From contig LSRY02000021.1 in assembly GCA_001643675.2 (NCBI GenBank), positions 682,001 through 746,000 of the forward strand: 64,000 nt of DNA, given 5' to 3'. The DNA is from Monocercomonoides exilis PA203 (taxonomy: Eukaryota; Protista; Preaxostyla). The position numbers were made by a program, and so were the translations under genes. The number at the start of each line of letters is the position of its first letter. Position 1 is the first letter of the stretch. Shown piece by piece: positions 1 through 11,990 of this stretch. Under the pieces are notes generated by a model. That model worked only from the letters and a program-made list of their open reading frames with translations, had not been told where the DNA came from and did not search any database.

Positions 1-1
1 A

Positions 2-1165
2 GCAACTTTCGAAGATATTGATTCAGATCCAGAATGGGGATTCACACGCGACTCAACAAATTTAGCGGTGCCTTTTGGAGTTTATGGAGGATTTTTCACA
101 CATGAGGATATACGCGAAATTGTCTCGTTTGCCTCGAAGCGAGGAGTTGTTGTTCAGCCAGAGATTGATATGCCCGGACATGCAATGGCAGCGCTGGCAT
201 CGTATCCGTCGCTCGGCTGCAAAGAAATGAAGTGGAAAGTGACTGGCCGGTGGGGCATTTTCCAGGCGGTGCTCTGCTCAAAAGAAGAAGTGATGACATT
301 TTTGGAGGATGTGATGGAAGAAGTGTTCTCACTTTTTAACTCTCAGTTTGTGCACATTGGAGGAGACGAATGCGTTGAAGACATGTGGAGAAAGTGCAGT
401 GCGTGCGCTGCTCAGATGAAGAAAGCAGGGCTCAGTTATGCGAGTCAGATTCCGTGCTTGTTTTTGAACAGAATGGAGAAAGCAGCAGCATCCGCTGGAA
501 AGCGGATTATCGGGTGGGATGAGATAACTGAGTGCAAAAACAGAAAGAATGACACAGCAGCGATTGTGTGGCACCCTTCGGGCGATGCCGAGTCTATTGC
601 ATTGAAAGGCACAGAAGTCGTCATTTCACCTATGTCTTTTTGTTATCTGGACTTTAACGAAACGCGCAGCGGTGAGAGATGCAACAATGAGAGCGATTAT
701 TCGAATGACATGAATCAGATTTCATTGCATACACAGCAACATTCGTTTGATTCAATTGATTCATCTTTACCAGTGCCTTTCTCTCTGTCTGCAAATGGTG
801 CTATTCATTCAGAAAGACTATCAAATTACTACAACGCATCACTTGCCAACGCATACTCATTCGATCCGCTTTATTTTGTTTCCCCGCGCATTTTCAGAAA
901 AAAGGAGCTATCTCCTGCTGAACAACAAGATGCTGAGATACTGCGAAAGAACGTCATTGGCGGGCAGTGCAATTTATGGACAGAGCATCTACCGACTCAG
1001 GATAAGAGGGAGTTCAATACTCTTCCACGTCTGGCTGCCATTGCGGAGGCGCTGTGGATCCAAAGAGAAAAGAAAGATTGGAATATATTTTTGGATAAGA
1101 TGAAGAAGCATTTGACTCGTGTGTATAAGTCAATGAATTGGAAGTTTAACAATATGAATCTTTAA
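2..1165 (+). CDS. Glycoside hydrolase family 20 beta-N-acetylhexosaminidase, 5'-truncated by the window edge
   Basis: The frame is open from position 2. It carries the GH20 motifs YGGFFTHEDIREIV, PEIDMPGH, catalytic HIGGDE, IGWDEI, YLDF, GGQCNLWTE and PRLAAIAEALW. Confidence 0.95.
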   Translation, partial: ATFEDIDSDPEWGFTRDSTNLAVPFGVYGGFFTHEDIREIVSFASKRGVVVQPEIDMPGHAMAALASYPSLGCKEMKWKVTGRWGIFQAVLCSKEEVMTFLEDVMEEVFSLFNSQFVHIGGDECVEDMWRKCSACAAQMKKAGLSYASQIPCLFLNRMEKAAASAGKRIIGWDEITECKNRKNDTAAIVWHPSGDAESIALKGTEVVISPMSFCYLDFNETRSGERCNNESDYSNDMNQISLHTQQHSFDSIDSSLPVPFSLSANGAIHSERLSNYYNASLANAYSFDPLYFVSPRIFRKKELSPAEQQDAEILRKNVIGGQCNLWTEHLPTQDKREFNTLPRLAAIAEALWIQREKKDWNIFLDKMKKHLTRVYKSMNWKFNNMNL

Positions 1166-1910
1166 AGTCATAGCTTTGTATTGAAGATTTTTTTTAATTG
1201 AAAATTAGTAGCTTCAATTAAGTATTTCTATTAATGTATTTATTAAGCAAATATTTGTTTGCATTTTTATGTTTGAGTGAAATTAACATCAATGATTTTT
1301 TTCTCCAATTTTTTGAGAATTTTCATATTGTTCATTATGGTTGTGAATGCGCCAGTTGGTGCGTTTGCATTTTACGCGTAGCTTTTTGCTTCTGTAGATC
1401 GAAAGGAACAGAGAATTTTTTTTGTTCTGAAAGATTTAAAACAACAAAAGACGGAGCATATCTGTTTTGATTAGCATTTTTCCGATAATGTTTCGCTTTG
1501 ATTCATTACATGTACAACGACATTTTGAAAAAATGGTGAAAGTGTAGAACTCGTCTAAACAGCATTTGTTCACACCATTCAGAATAATTATAAGCTCTAA
1601 AACAAAATTGTAAAAAATCACTTGAAAGTAATAAAAACGACTCCTCAAATCTCAATGTATGATGATTGATTGTCCAAACGAAGCAATGGAAAAATGGAAA
1701 AATGGAAAAATGAAAAAAAAAATTGAAAAAAAGAAAATTAAAAAAAAGAAAATTAAAAAAAAAGAAAAGAAAAGAAAAAGAAAAGTAATAATAATTGAAA
1801 AATTTTCCATGTGTCGAAATGAAAAGTGACAAGATCACAAACAACAGAGTTTGTCTTGGTCAATGCTCAATCATGTGGCCAACAATCAGTAAAAATTTCA
1901 AATAAAGTTA

Positions 1911-1943
<33 letters not shown>

Positions 1944-2918
1944 ACAAAAGACAAGAAAATAAGAAAGACCTTTTCAGAAAATGAAAAGAAAAAGAAAAAT
2001 CAACTTTGCGCATTCACGTTTGATGTTCTAAACAGAAAAGTTAAATACAAACATATTACTCGAGGCATACATATAAGAGCTATTTGCATAAGAACAACAT
2101 TCAAACTAGCTGCAAATACGGCTTTTTGTGAATCTCTCAATTTTATCTCAATAAAATCAAAAATACTTCACAAGCACACAAAGCATCACACAATTGAGAC
2201 GATGATAACGATTATCATAATTTTATTTTATTCAAATAACAAAATAAAAAACAAAAAAATAACCAAAACAGACATTTGGAGAAAATAAAAGCAATGAAAG
2301 TTCAAAAAATTAGATCAAATAAAAATTAAAATTAAAATTAAAATTAAAAATTAAAAACAAGAGCACACATTAATAGCAAAAACAATTTCAAACACATCGT
2401 TGAACAGCGACATCAAGCTGTGCTTAACAACAAATGAACAACATGAACTCATTTCTGTGCAGAAAAAATTCGTATCGTTCTGAAAACAATTGCTTATTCA
2501 AGATGACATTCAACAATTGAATTCTTTATTCCCTTATCTCAGAATAATGTTGGTGCATTCACACTCTCAAACACAAACAAATAAAACTTAAAATCAATCA
2601 ACGAATTAATTAATTATTAAATTAATAATTCAATAGGAAAGAAAGAAAGAAAGAAAGAAAGAATAAATTCATTTATATATTCGTATTTGTTTGTGTTTGA
2701 TTCCTTTGTCTTCTCATAAATACCTCATTTACAGTTATTAACATCATTAACTATCTTAAACATTATCTTTATGTATAACTCTTTTACTTTAAAATTTACA
2801 TATGAAACAACATAGACAGCTTACACCCTCTTCCCTTTTCCCCTTCTCTTCCTTCTCTTCTTTCCCTCTTCCCCTCTTCTCCTCTTCCCCTCTTCCCCTC
2901 TTCTTTCCTTCCATCTCC

Positions 2919-5459
2919 TTACAACTCCGCCTGCATATGCGCCATCTGCTTGTGCGCCTTCATCTTCGCCTTCTCCTTCTCCCTCTCCCTCTTCTTCATC
3001 CGCTCTATGTGGATCGGGCATTCCTTCGAGATATGTCCAATCAGCCCGCACACAAAGCACACCCGCGTGTCCTCATACGTGCACTCACTCGCCCTGTGCC
3101 CTTCTCTCCCGCAGCGGAAGCAGCTCGACTTCGTCACCACTATCCCTTTGTTGTGGTGTGGGCAGTCTTCAAAGCGGTGCAGATGCGACCCGCAGTGGAA
3201 GCACCGGTTCGGCTCTCCGCCTTCTAAGTTGTCTTCTCCTTCGCCTTCTTTCTCGCCTTCAGGGAAGGAGTTCGCCAGAGAGCTTGGAGAAGAGGACAGA
3301 GGTGGTTGGGGAGATGGGGAGGAAGAAGAGGAAGAGAGAGAAGAAGCAGCAGAGGTGGATGAAGAAGAGGAAGAGGAATTTGGAGTTGCAGAAGAAGAAG
3401 AAGATGATGATGATGTCGAACCACCAGTAGACGGAGGATACATCGCCTGTGGCAGCAGCTGCTGTGTCGCTGCAAACTGCTGGCTGGGAATCTGATGCAC
3501 CACTCCCCCTGATCCCATCCCTGTCATCCCACTCATCCCACTCATTCCACTTATTCCATTCATCCCGTTCATCCCACTCATCCCAGCCATCTGTGCTGTC
3601 ATTCTCCCCGTCTGCATTGGATTGTGCTGCACAAACGTGTGTGAGTTCTGCGAGTTTGCCACAGGCACGCCCGGCATCTGGGAGATGGCAGGCACCCCTG
3701 CCATTCCAGGCATCATTGCGTGTGTCTGAGACGAAGGCAGGTGCTGAATGTATGATGTTTGAGGCATCTGGGACATCTGAGGCATCTGAGGCATCTGAGG
3801 CATCTGGGGCAGCTGGCGTAGCACAATGGGACCAGAAAAGGGGATGGCAAAGGAGGAAAAAGCAGAGGGATAGGCAGTCTTTGTGGGGGGAGGCTGCTGA
3901 GGAGCATGAGTGACTGGAACAGGTGAGGCAACAGCGGGTTGATTGGAGGGCATTCCATTGGGCATTGACTGAGGGACAGACTGAAGGAAGACGGGGATGT
4001 ATTGAGCATGTGAGTGAGGTTGGGATGAAAAGGAAGAGGAAGAAGAAGAGGAGGAAGTTGTTGTTATTGGTGGAGATGTTGAAGTGACTGTGGAATTTGA
4101 AGAAGAAGAGGAGGAGGAAGAAGAAGAAGATGATGATGATGTATCTGGAGTGCGGTGGGAAGATGAAGAGAGAGTGGAAGGAGGAGAAGAAGAGCGCAGA
4201 GAGGCAGTCTGTTGTTGGACTTGTGGAAGAGGAGAGGAATGTTGAGTGAGTGAAGTGTCATCCAGGAAAGAGGAAGAAGATGATGGAGATGAAGAAGAAG
4301 ATGATGATGATGATGAAGAGTCTTTATTCATTGAGGATTTGGTTAAGAGCATTGAAGAAGATGAAGAGGAGGAAGAGGAAGAGGAAGAAGAAGATTGAGC
4401 AGAGTTATTTGACTTATCAAATGAAAGAGAAGCCATCGGCTGCTGGAGCTGCGATGCCTGAATGAACATCTCTGACTGAAGTGTGCTTTGAGAAGCAGAG
4501 CCAGCAGACGAAGAGGTTGCAGATGGAGGAGAAGAAGACGATGATGAAGAAGATGAAGAAGATGATGATGATGAATTTGTTGATGATACAGCACCAGCTT
4601 CATTTGACGCAACTGTCGTTGCATTTGCATTTGCATTTGCATTTGAATTCGCATTCGCATTATTCACAGAATACATCTGGCTGTTCAAAGAAGCATACAT
4701 CTTTGCCGGCATGCCATTCGCAGCAGAAGAAAGAGAAGGTGTGAATGACGTGTGCCGCGAATAAGGCTCCGACGACAGATCAAACTGGATCTTCAGGTCG
4801 CTTGTGAATGGAGAGGAAGAATTTGAGCTCTGTGGAATCTGCTGATGGACTGATTGTACTGACTGCATTGATTGCATTTGTTGTGATTGCATTTGTTGTT
4901 GTTGTTGTGATTGTGATTGAGACTGCTGCTGCTGCTGCTGCTGTGTCTGTTGTTGTTGCTGTTGTTGCATTCCAGATGCCTGTGAATGCGAATGCCCCAA
5001 ACTGCTTCGGAACGAACCAGCTCCTGTGCTTGCGTTCGAAATAGAGTTAGAAACAGAAGCTGAAACAGAAGTTGGACTCGCAGTTAGCCCAGAAGCTAAG
5101 CCAGAATTAGAGCCAGAAGCCGAAGAAGCAGCAGAAGCAGAGGCAGATGCTGTATTTGAGTCAGCATTGCTGGAGTGTGTCAATGAATGAAAAGCGCTCT
5201 GGAGATGTTGTGTGCTTGAGACATGAGAGCGGCCAGAAGACTGATTGAAAGAGGAAGGAAGCGAACTGGAGAAGGAAGGGTAGAGAGAAGAAGGAGGGGA
5301 CGTGCTGGAAGTGGCTGAGAGAGAAGCAGCAGAGGAACGAGAAGAGACGGGAGAAGGCGAGCGGAGGGTGGAAGACAAGGAAGAGACTGGATCGTCGAAG
5401 GAGGCAGCGAGGGAGGAAGCTGGCGAGGAGGATGAGGAGGAGGAAGAAGAAGATGAAAG

Positions 5460-5491
<32 letters not shown>

Positions 5492-7568
5492 CCATAGCAG
5501 TAGACGAAGGCAAACCGTGTATCGTTGGCGAGTTTCCAGAGAGCGGAGAAGAGAACGAGAGGCCAAACGTGTTGAGAGTGTGGTTATTTGGCTGGCTGTT
5601 GAGGAAATGGAACTGTTCCATCTGAGAAACAGAAGGAGGGAGAGGAGAAAGTGTGTCGAAAGAACGAGAGGCGAAGGGAGAAAGGGCAGATGTGTTCAGT
5701 CTGTCACTGGCAGATACTGCAGTAGATGATGATGGCAACGTCATTGGAGAAGAGATGGAGGAGGATAAAGAGGAAGAAGCAGAGGAAGAGGAAGAAGAAG
5801 AAGAGGATGACGATGAAGGTGTAGCATTTGTTGTTGTTGTTGTTGTGATTGTCATTACTCCTCCTACTGTTGCAGAAGAAGAAGAAGAAGAAGAAGAAGC
5901 AGAGGAAGAAGAAGGCATCGAATGTCCTTCGTCCACACGACGCAGTCTCCGAGGTGATTGAAACGCCGACGGCGACGAGAAGCCAAATGGAGGGTGGCCA
6001 AGCTGGCTATTATTATTATTACTACTACTGCTGCTATTACTATTACTGCCATTAGCCTCTATGCCCATTTCAGAGTGCAGTTGAGGGTGGAGTTCAGGGT
6101 GCAACGGAGGAGAAGTGATGAAGGAGTGGGAGATTGGCGAGGTGGGCGGAGAAGTGATGCCCATGAGAACAGGAGAGGAGAAGGAGGAGGCGAAGGAAGG
6201 GGAAAAGGGGGAGAGGGAAGAGGCATATGTGGAAGGATAGGAGGAGTAGGCAGGGACGGATGAGGCGGAACTGGAGGAAGAGGAAGAGGAGGAAGAGGAT
6301 GATGAACCAGGAGAATGGAGAGAAGAAGCAGTGTGAGAAGAGATGGAGGAAGAGAGTGAGGAGGCAGGGAAAGAAGAGGACATGGTGTATGTCGAAGAGA
6401 GAGAAGAGGCAGGGAGCGGTGGAGATGTTCGTGAGTATGATACCTCGTGAGACAATCCATGCGCAAAAGAGGAAACAGCTGTGGCTAGTGCAGATGAAGA
6501 GGAAGTCTCCACTGAGACAGTGGCAGATGATAAGGGAGACGAGAAAGACGGAAGCTCCTGCAGCGTTGACGTGGCAGACGAAGAGGCGGCTGATTGGGAA
6601 GATAAATGCTGATGTGCTTCGTTATAATTAGAAGAGGAAGATGAGGATGAGGTTCTTTTTGTCTGCGCCTGATACAATGAAGGAACAGAACTTGACTCGT
6701 TTTCATTGCCATTAACTTGATCGTTTAAACTTTGTAATCCTTCTTCATTAAATGCAGATAGTTGTGTTTGATTGTTCGAGCTGTTTTCCTCTTGTATTGT
6801 TTTTTCTGATATGTTATGACTTCGATTTCTGTCTGGAAACCTTTGACGATGCTGGTGAGAAGGATGAACTGCAACTTTCTTCAGCTTTAAAAGTTGTCTT
6901 TTCATTTGCTTTTTCAATTTTTGTTTAACACTATCTTTTAAAGCCTTTAATACTGCGAGTTTTCCAGGAGACATTGAGCCTTGTTTTAAAGATGAACCTT
7001 CATCAGATGAAAACACAGCATCAATGTCATCCAATTCAATTTGCTTCAAAATAGCAGATGAAACACTTGAATGCGATGACTCGTTTGGTGTATCATTTGA
7101 AACAGACTGTGAACGTGTGTTTTCTGTTGAAGAATTTGAAGGAGAGCTTGAAGAAGATGTTCTTGCTCCAGAGCTTGTTCGATGCGAATGCCCTTCATAT
7201 GCTAATTTCCCATGATGCTTCGAGTTAATTCTACGCCTGTGTTTGGTCTGATGCTTGTGAGAATGCTTATGATTGCCATGGTGCTTCGATGACGGAAGCA
7301 CTGGAAGAGCGGATGGATCAGACAATTCTTGAAAAGAAGAATTTGTTCCCTCAACGCAAAATTGTTCCGGTTTTAACGATAGTGACTTTTTGTGCAGATT
7401 AGAGCTTTTATTTGACGAGGGAACAGATTCGGAAGTAGAACTAGAATCTGTAACCTCTCGGTTCAAAGGCAAATTTGAGGGACTCTTTGTTGCCACATCA
7501 CCGGTAGGCTTAAGAAAAAACTCAGAATTTTCTTGTGGAGTCTTTTCCTGCAAAGGGCAAACGGCCAT
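2919..7568 (-). CDS. 1549-aa Ser/Gln-rich disordered protein with three C-terminal CCHC zinc knuckles (putative RNA-binding)
   Basis: Three CX2CX4HX4C motifs: CFHCGSHLHRFEDC, CFRCGREGHRASEC and CFVCGLIGHISKEC (~3015-3210). The rest is low complexity. An extra 5' exon is possible. Confidence 0.85.
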
Positions 7569-7760
7569 ATAAAAAACAAGAAGAGAGTGATCGAACCCTT
7601 TATGTCATTGATCAAGAAAAAAGAATTTGTTTTATTTATTTTTTTCAAATAATATTTTCGTGAATTGGTAATAAAATAAACAACAAAAAACAGAAAAACT
7701 ATTGAAATGAAAAATCAAATCTCAAAATAAATAATATCCGCGATTAATAAGAGCAATTAT

Positions 7761-10700
7761 TCATTCCTTCATAAGTGAGGTGGATGATTCTTCACCAGCT
7801 TCAAAGCCTGCTGAATTTGCTAACTTTATCGTATCACCCATTTCATTCTGTTGACCCACCTCGTCTATATTGCTCAATTCTCTGTATTTTCTTTCCTTAT
7901 TGCGCTTCGACAACTTCACGAACAAAACAATACAGAACACCACCCCAACCACAGCGAACACAGCCGCCCCAGCCACAAACCCCACAATCACCACAAGCGG
8001 AATTTCGATCTCTCTCTCCAGCGGCGATGTCCCGCTGCACTGGACAGTCGCATATTTGGAGACCACAGGTGCTCCTGCTGCGGGGGACGGGTTGCAGACG
8101 ACTCCGTCTTTGAGAGTGGTGACGATGAGCTTTTGGTTGTTGATGCAAGTGCTGTTGAACTGGACGTAGTCTTCGGCTGTGCAGACAGGGCACGCATCGA
8201 TTGTGGGCCACACGAAGTTGTAGGTGCAGCGGGGGGACTCGAAGGGAACAGCTGGGGTGGGTTGGGAGGAAAGTGGATAAGAGGAGGAGGAGGAGAAAGA
8301 GGAGGAAGAAGAGAAAGAGGAGGAAGAAGAAGAAGTGCTTGAAAACAAAGGCGAATGTTGTGGAGCAAATGAAGAAGAAGCATCATTTGTTTGATTGAGC
8401 AGCGCCTGCAGCTGCCTTTGCAGCTGCCTCTGTTTCGTGTCAGGCATTCTGTTGTGTGTGTCAAATGAAGGAAATGCCTTTGGGCAGACAAGAGTGAGCT
8501 TCATTGAGTAGCTTGTGGTTGAGCCGTCTTGCTCGTCAATGAAGCAGGCATCGCCATTCGAATACGTTATCTCCACTCCATAATTCGGAACAGTGGCATC
8601 ATCTCCAATCCCTCCAAGTGGATTATTCCTCTTATTCCTATTCTTTTTCTTGTCATTGCCAGATTCTCCATCCATCTCCACCTTCCTCGTGCTGTTGAGA
8701 GGCGTGATTGCAATCTTCCTCCCCAGCGACAGCGTCACATTCGGCTTTGGGCGGAAGCATGCATACGACAAGACACGATCAGCGCGTGTGAGGGGATGCT
8801 CTTCACTGCACACTCTTTTGACTGCATCGCCATTGCAGACAGAGAAAAAGAACAGACTTTGGTTGGCGTCTGTACCCATGATGGGACCATATGGTGAGGT
8901 CTGCTGCATCAGAGAAGCAAGGTTCACTTCCTTTGTCACTTCAATCGTCTCTTCCTCGCCTCCTTCTTCCTTCTTTTTATCTTTTTCTTTATCTTTCTCC
9001 TTCTCCTTCTCTTCAACAGGCTCTTTTGGCACACGCTTCATAAATTTATAGCTGACACCGCACTTCTCAAACACACACTTCGTCCTGTTCTGATTGGGGT
9101 GTGTTCCTCTTCCGCATCTCTCGCAGCCGTCCAACCCTTCTCTCGCTGCCACAAACCCGTCAGGGCACGAAATGCACTTGCTGCTCTTCTTCGCAGGTGC
9201 ATAGGAGCCTGCAGGACACGGCTGGCACACATACTCGTGCGAGGTCGAGGCAGTCGAGATCGCTGGGATCGTCCCCTTTGGACACGCACGGCAGAATGTG
9301 GAGCCACCGGCTGGCCATTTGATAGTGCTGCCTAACTCTGTTGAAGAAGAAGAAGATGATGATGATGATGAAGTTGATGATGTATCCATTCCCACAAGCA
9401 TGATCTTCTTCAGCTCAACCTGGTCGCTTTTGATGCTATCTGTTCCCTTGATGATCGCCTCTGCCTCGTTCGAGAACACAAACTCCACCTCGTCGTCGCC
9501 GTGCAGCAGAATCACGCTGTCGCTGATCATCTTCGAGTTGTTTGCAGCTGTGTACTCTTTCATCGGGTAGCCATCAACATCCACTGTGAACGTGCATTTC
9601 CCGCTCAGCTTCAGCACAACGGAGAAATACAGCACGCCCGTTTCGCTCTCGGGAACTTTCACTTTGACTGACAGGACGCTCCGCACACGCCCTGCAAATG
9701 GCCCGCCAGATGAGAAGGTCTCGTCGCCTGGGTGTGCAATCCACCCGCCGTCTGATTCGTTCTCATTCAAGAACACTTGTTTGCCATTGGCATTTCTCAA
9801 ATACCTGTTCATTTTTGAGGCCATTCTTGATGAAGGCACAGTGCAGAATGCCTTGTCCTTTGACGAGCAGGTTGTGCTCACGATCCCTCCAAATCCTGCC
9901 GAAGGAAGAACAGGAATAGCCATCACAGGGATCGTCCCTTCTCCGCATTTTTCACACGGCAGGGCATCAGTGGTTGCTGTCTTGTTGTTGTAGATATAGC
10001 CAGCTGGGCAGCTGACGCACTTGTGTGTCTGCGGATGGGCATAAAGCCCCGGGGCACAGGAGGAGCAGTCGAGATTGGACTCAGAAGGAGGAAGGGAGAT
10101 GACATTGGCAGTGTTGACATTGCTGTTGTTGTTGTTGTTGTTGTGAGTGATTCTTGATGATGTGTTGGATAACTTCAGCAACTTTTCAGCACTCTCAGAC
10201 ATTTGAAGCGAAAGTTCCTGAGCATCTATTTGTGCCTGTCTGCAAATTGCATTCGGCTTCCATTGCCACGTCTTGTTCCTCTTCCCGTTTATGCACTCAC
10301 TAAACACTGGCTCGTAGTCACTTTCTGTGCACTCTGGCCTTGACTCGCATACGGAGCTCCCAGGATAAGAAAACCGCCTCTTCTTCTCATCGCACGTTGT
10401 GCATTTCGTCCTCTCCGTGTCCCGGGCGAATGTATCCGCGCTGCACGCTATACAGCGGTCTTGCTCTGCTGATGCTATGCTTCCTGCTGGGCAAGTTTGG
10501 CACGCTATCGGAATGGCTGTCTCAGATTCCACCCTGATCGTCCTTATTTTCGCATGATCATTCCATCTTGATTCGTATTTATGCTTGCTGAATGTGAATT
10601 TTATTTCGTGAAGGCCAGATGAGACTGTAAATTTTGCATTTTTCCATCCATTTGTTTTGGATATTGGGCCTGAACTCAGAATACCATCAACAAAAATTGA

Positions 10701-11392
10701 TAATCCGTCTTTAGGTTCAGACTCAGCGGCAACAAAGTATTCCACTGTTATTACACTTTTATTTCCGGTTGCAAAATGCGAGAAGATTAGTGAAGTTGTT
10801 AATTGAGCATTTGGCTGAAGTCCTGTTGTGATGTAATCACCTTCAGAAATCCATTTATTACCCACGTCGCTTTTGGAAACAAATTCTGATGGGAGAGGTG
10901 ACCAAACATCATATTCTATGATATTTCCTTTTGAAATTGTTCCACCAGGGCAGGATGTTACGATTCCCTTTGCAGGATCGAGATATTGTCCTGGTTTTAT
11001 TTGTAAATCTTTGTTTTCAAAAAGTTAAAATTAATTTGTGTGCATCAATTTAAAAAAATTAAAGCTGAGTAAAAATAAAATAAATGTAATCCATACCACA
11101 TGGAATAACAAGTGGCTTTGGAAGATTATCAGTTGCTAATAAAAAATTAATTAAATATTTCTCAAATTGAACGTATAAATATTATAAAAACCTGATTGGG
11201 TGTCCTTTTTACAAAAAAATGACATGTGCCTTCGGCCTCCTTCGCAAGAGCTGATCAAATAGCGCAAATCGGAAAAGCTGCAATTGTTGTTTGCAGTTGA
11301 AGCTAAAAAATAAAAAGGCTGATAAATTCCCCAACCGCATATAAAAAAAATAAACCTTGAACAAGGCCAAAGAGGATTGCAAATATCCACAT
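7761..11392 (-). CDS. ELAPOR/KIAA1324 (UPF0577)-like Cys-rich type I membrane protein with an MRH-like domain; about 4 exons
   Basis: The spliced start MWIFAILFGLVQ at 11392 looks like a signal peptide, followed by small exons at ~11191-11320 and ~11097-11135. Main exon: CxxCPAG repeats, RPECTESDYEPVFSECING, ITYSNGDAC...LTLVC...CTYNFVWPTIDACPVCTAEDY, a TM helix, and a tail KYREL (YxxL). This architecture matches ELAPOR1/2. Confidence 0.85.
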
Positions 11393-11990
11393 AAATGCTG
11401 CTTTTTCAACTCAAAAATAAAATGATCGATGAATATTATTTTTTTTCAACAAATGAATCATAGAATAATTGTTGAAGAAATTTTGGAATTGTTTAATTGT
11501 GAACAAAGTAAAATAAAAATTGATCACTTTCAAGAGCCTTTTCTTTTTTCAAAATAGTGGATTAATAAATATATTTGTTGAAGAGATTAAAGTTCCAAAA
11601 GTATTATTCTCCTTTGAGAAAATATTTCGGTTTTTTGAAGTGATTTTTGATTCGCAATCGAATTGCGAACATTATCATGAGTAATGATAATAGAAACATA
11701 GATGCTTGCATGAATAAAATGATTTTTATTTTTTTCAGAGTAATCAAATGCATATGAAAATAATTTACATCGCACATTTATTAATTGAAACAGAAAAAGA
11801 AATTCCGGAACCTGTTCAATGTTTTGATCACAATAGTACATTAAAAAATGTGGTATTAACAACAAAACACAAAACAAAATCATCATATCCATATTTTTCT
11901 TCAAAATGATCTTCGTTACCATAATGTTGTTTGTTTTTTGTGGTGTATTCGTTCAACACTCCACTTGGCAGTTATCATATTTGGATTAAA

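Noticed and set aside
1166-2800. tRNA or structured ncRNA in the long intergenic region
   Set aside because: No cloverleaf, A/B box or convincing stem structure was recognisable by eye; a tRNAscan-SE/Infernal run would be needed to exclude one.
2919-3210. CCHC knuckles as a retrotransposon Gag
   Set aside because: There is no capsid, protease, RT or integrase ORF and no LTRs; the context is a host-type Ser-rich protein.
2802-6712. Many overlapping antisense or alternate-frame ORFs (also over 13.4-16.3, 29-35.8, 42-47 and 48-57 kb)
   Set aside because: They are shadow ORFs caused by TCT/TCA/GAA repeats that lack stop codons in other frames.
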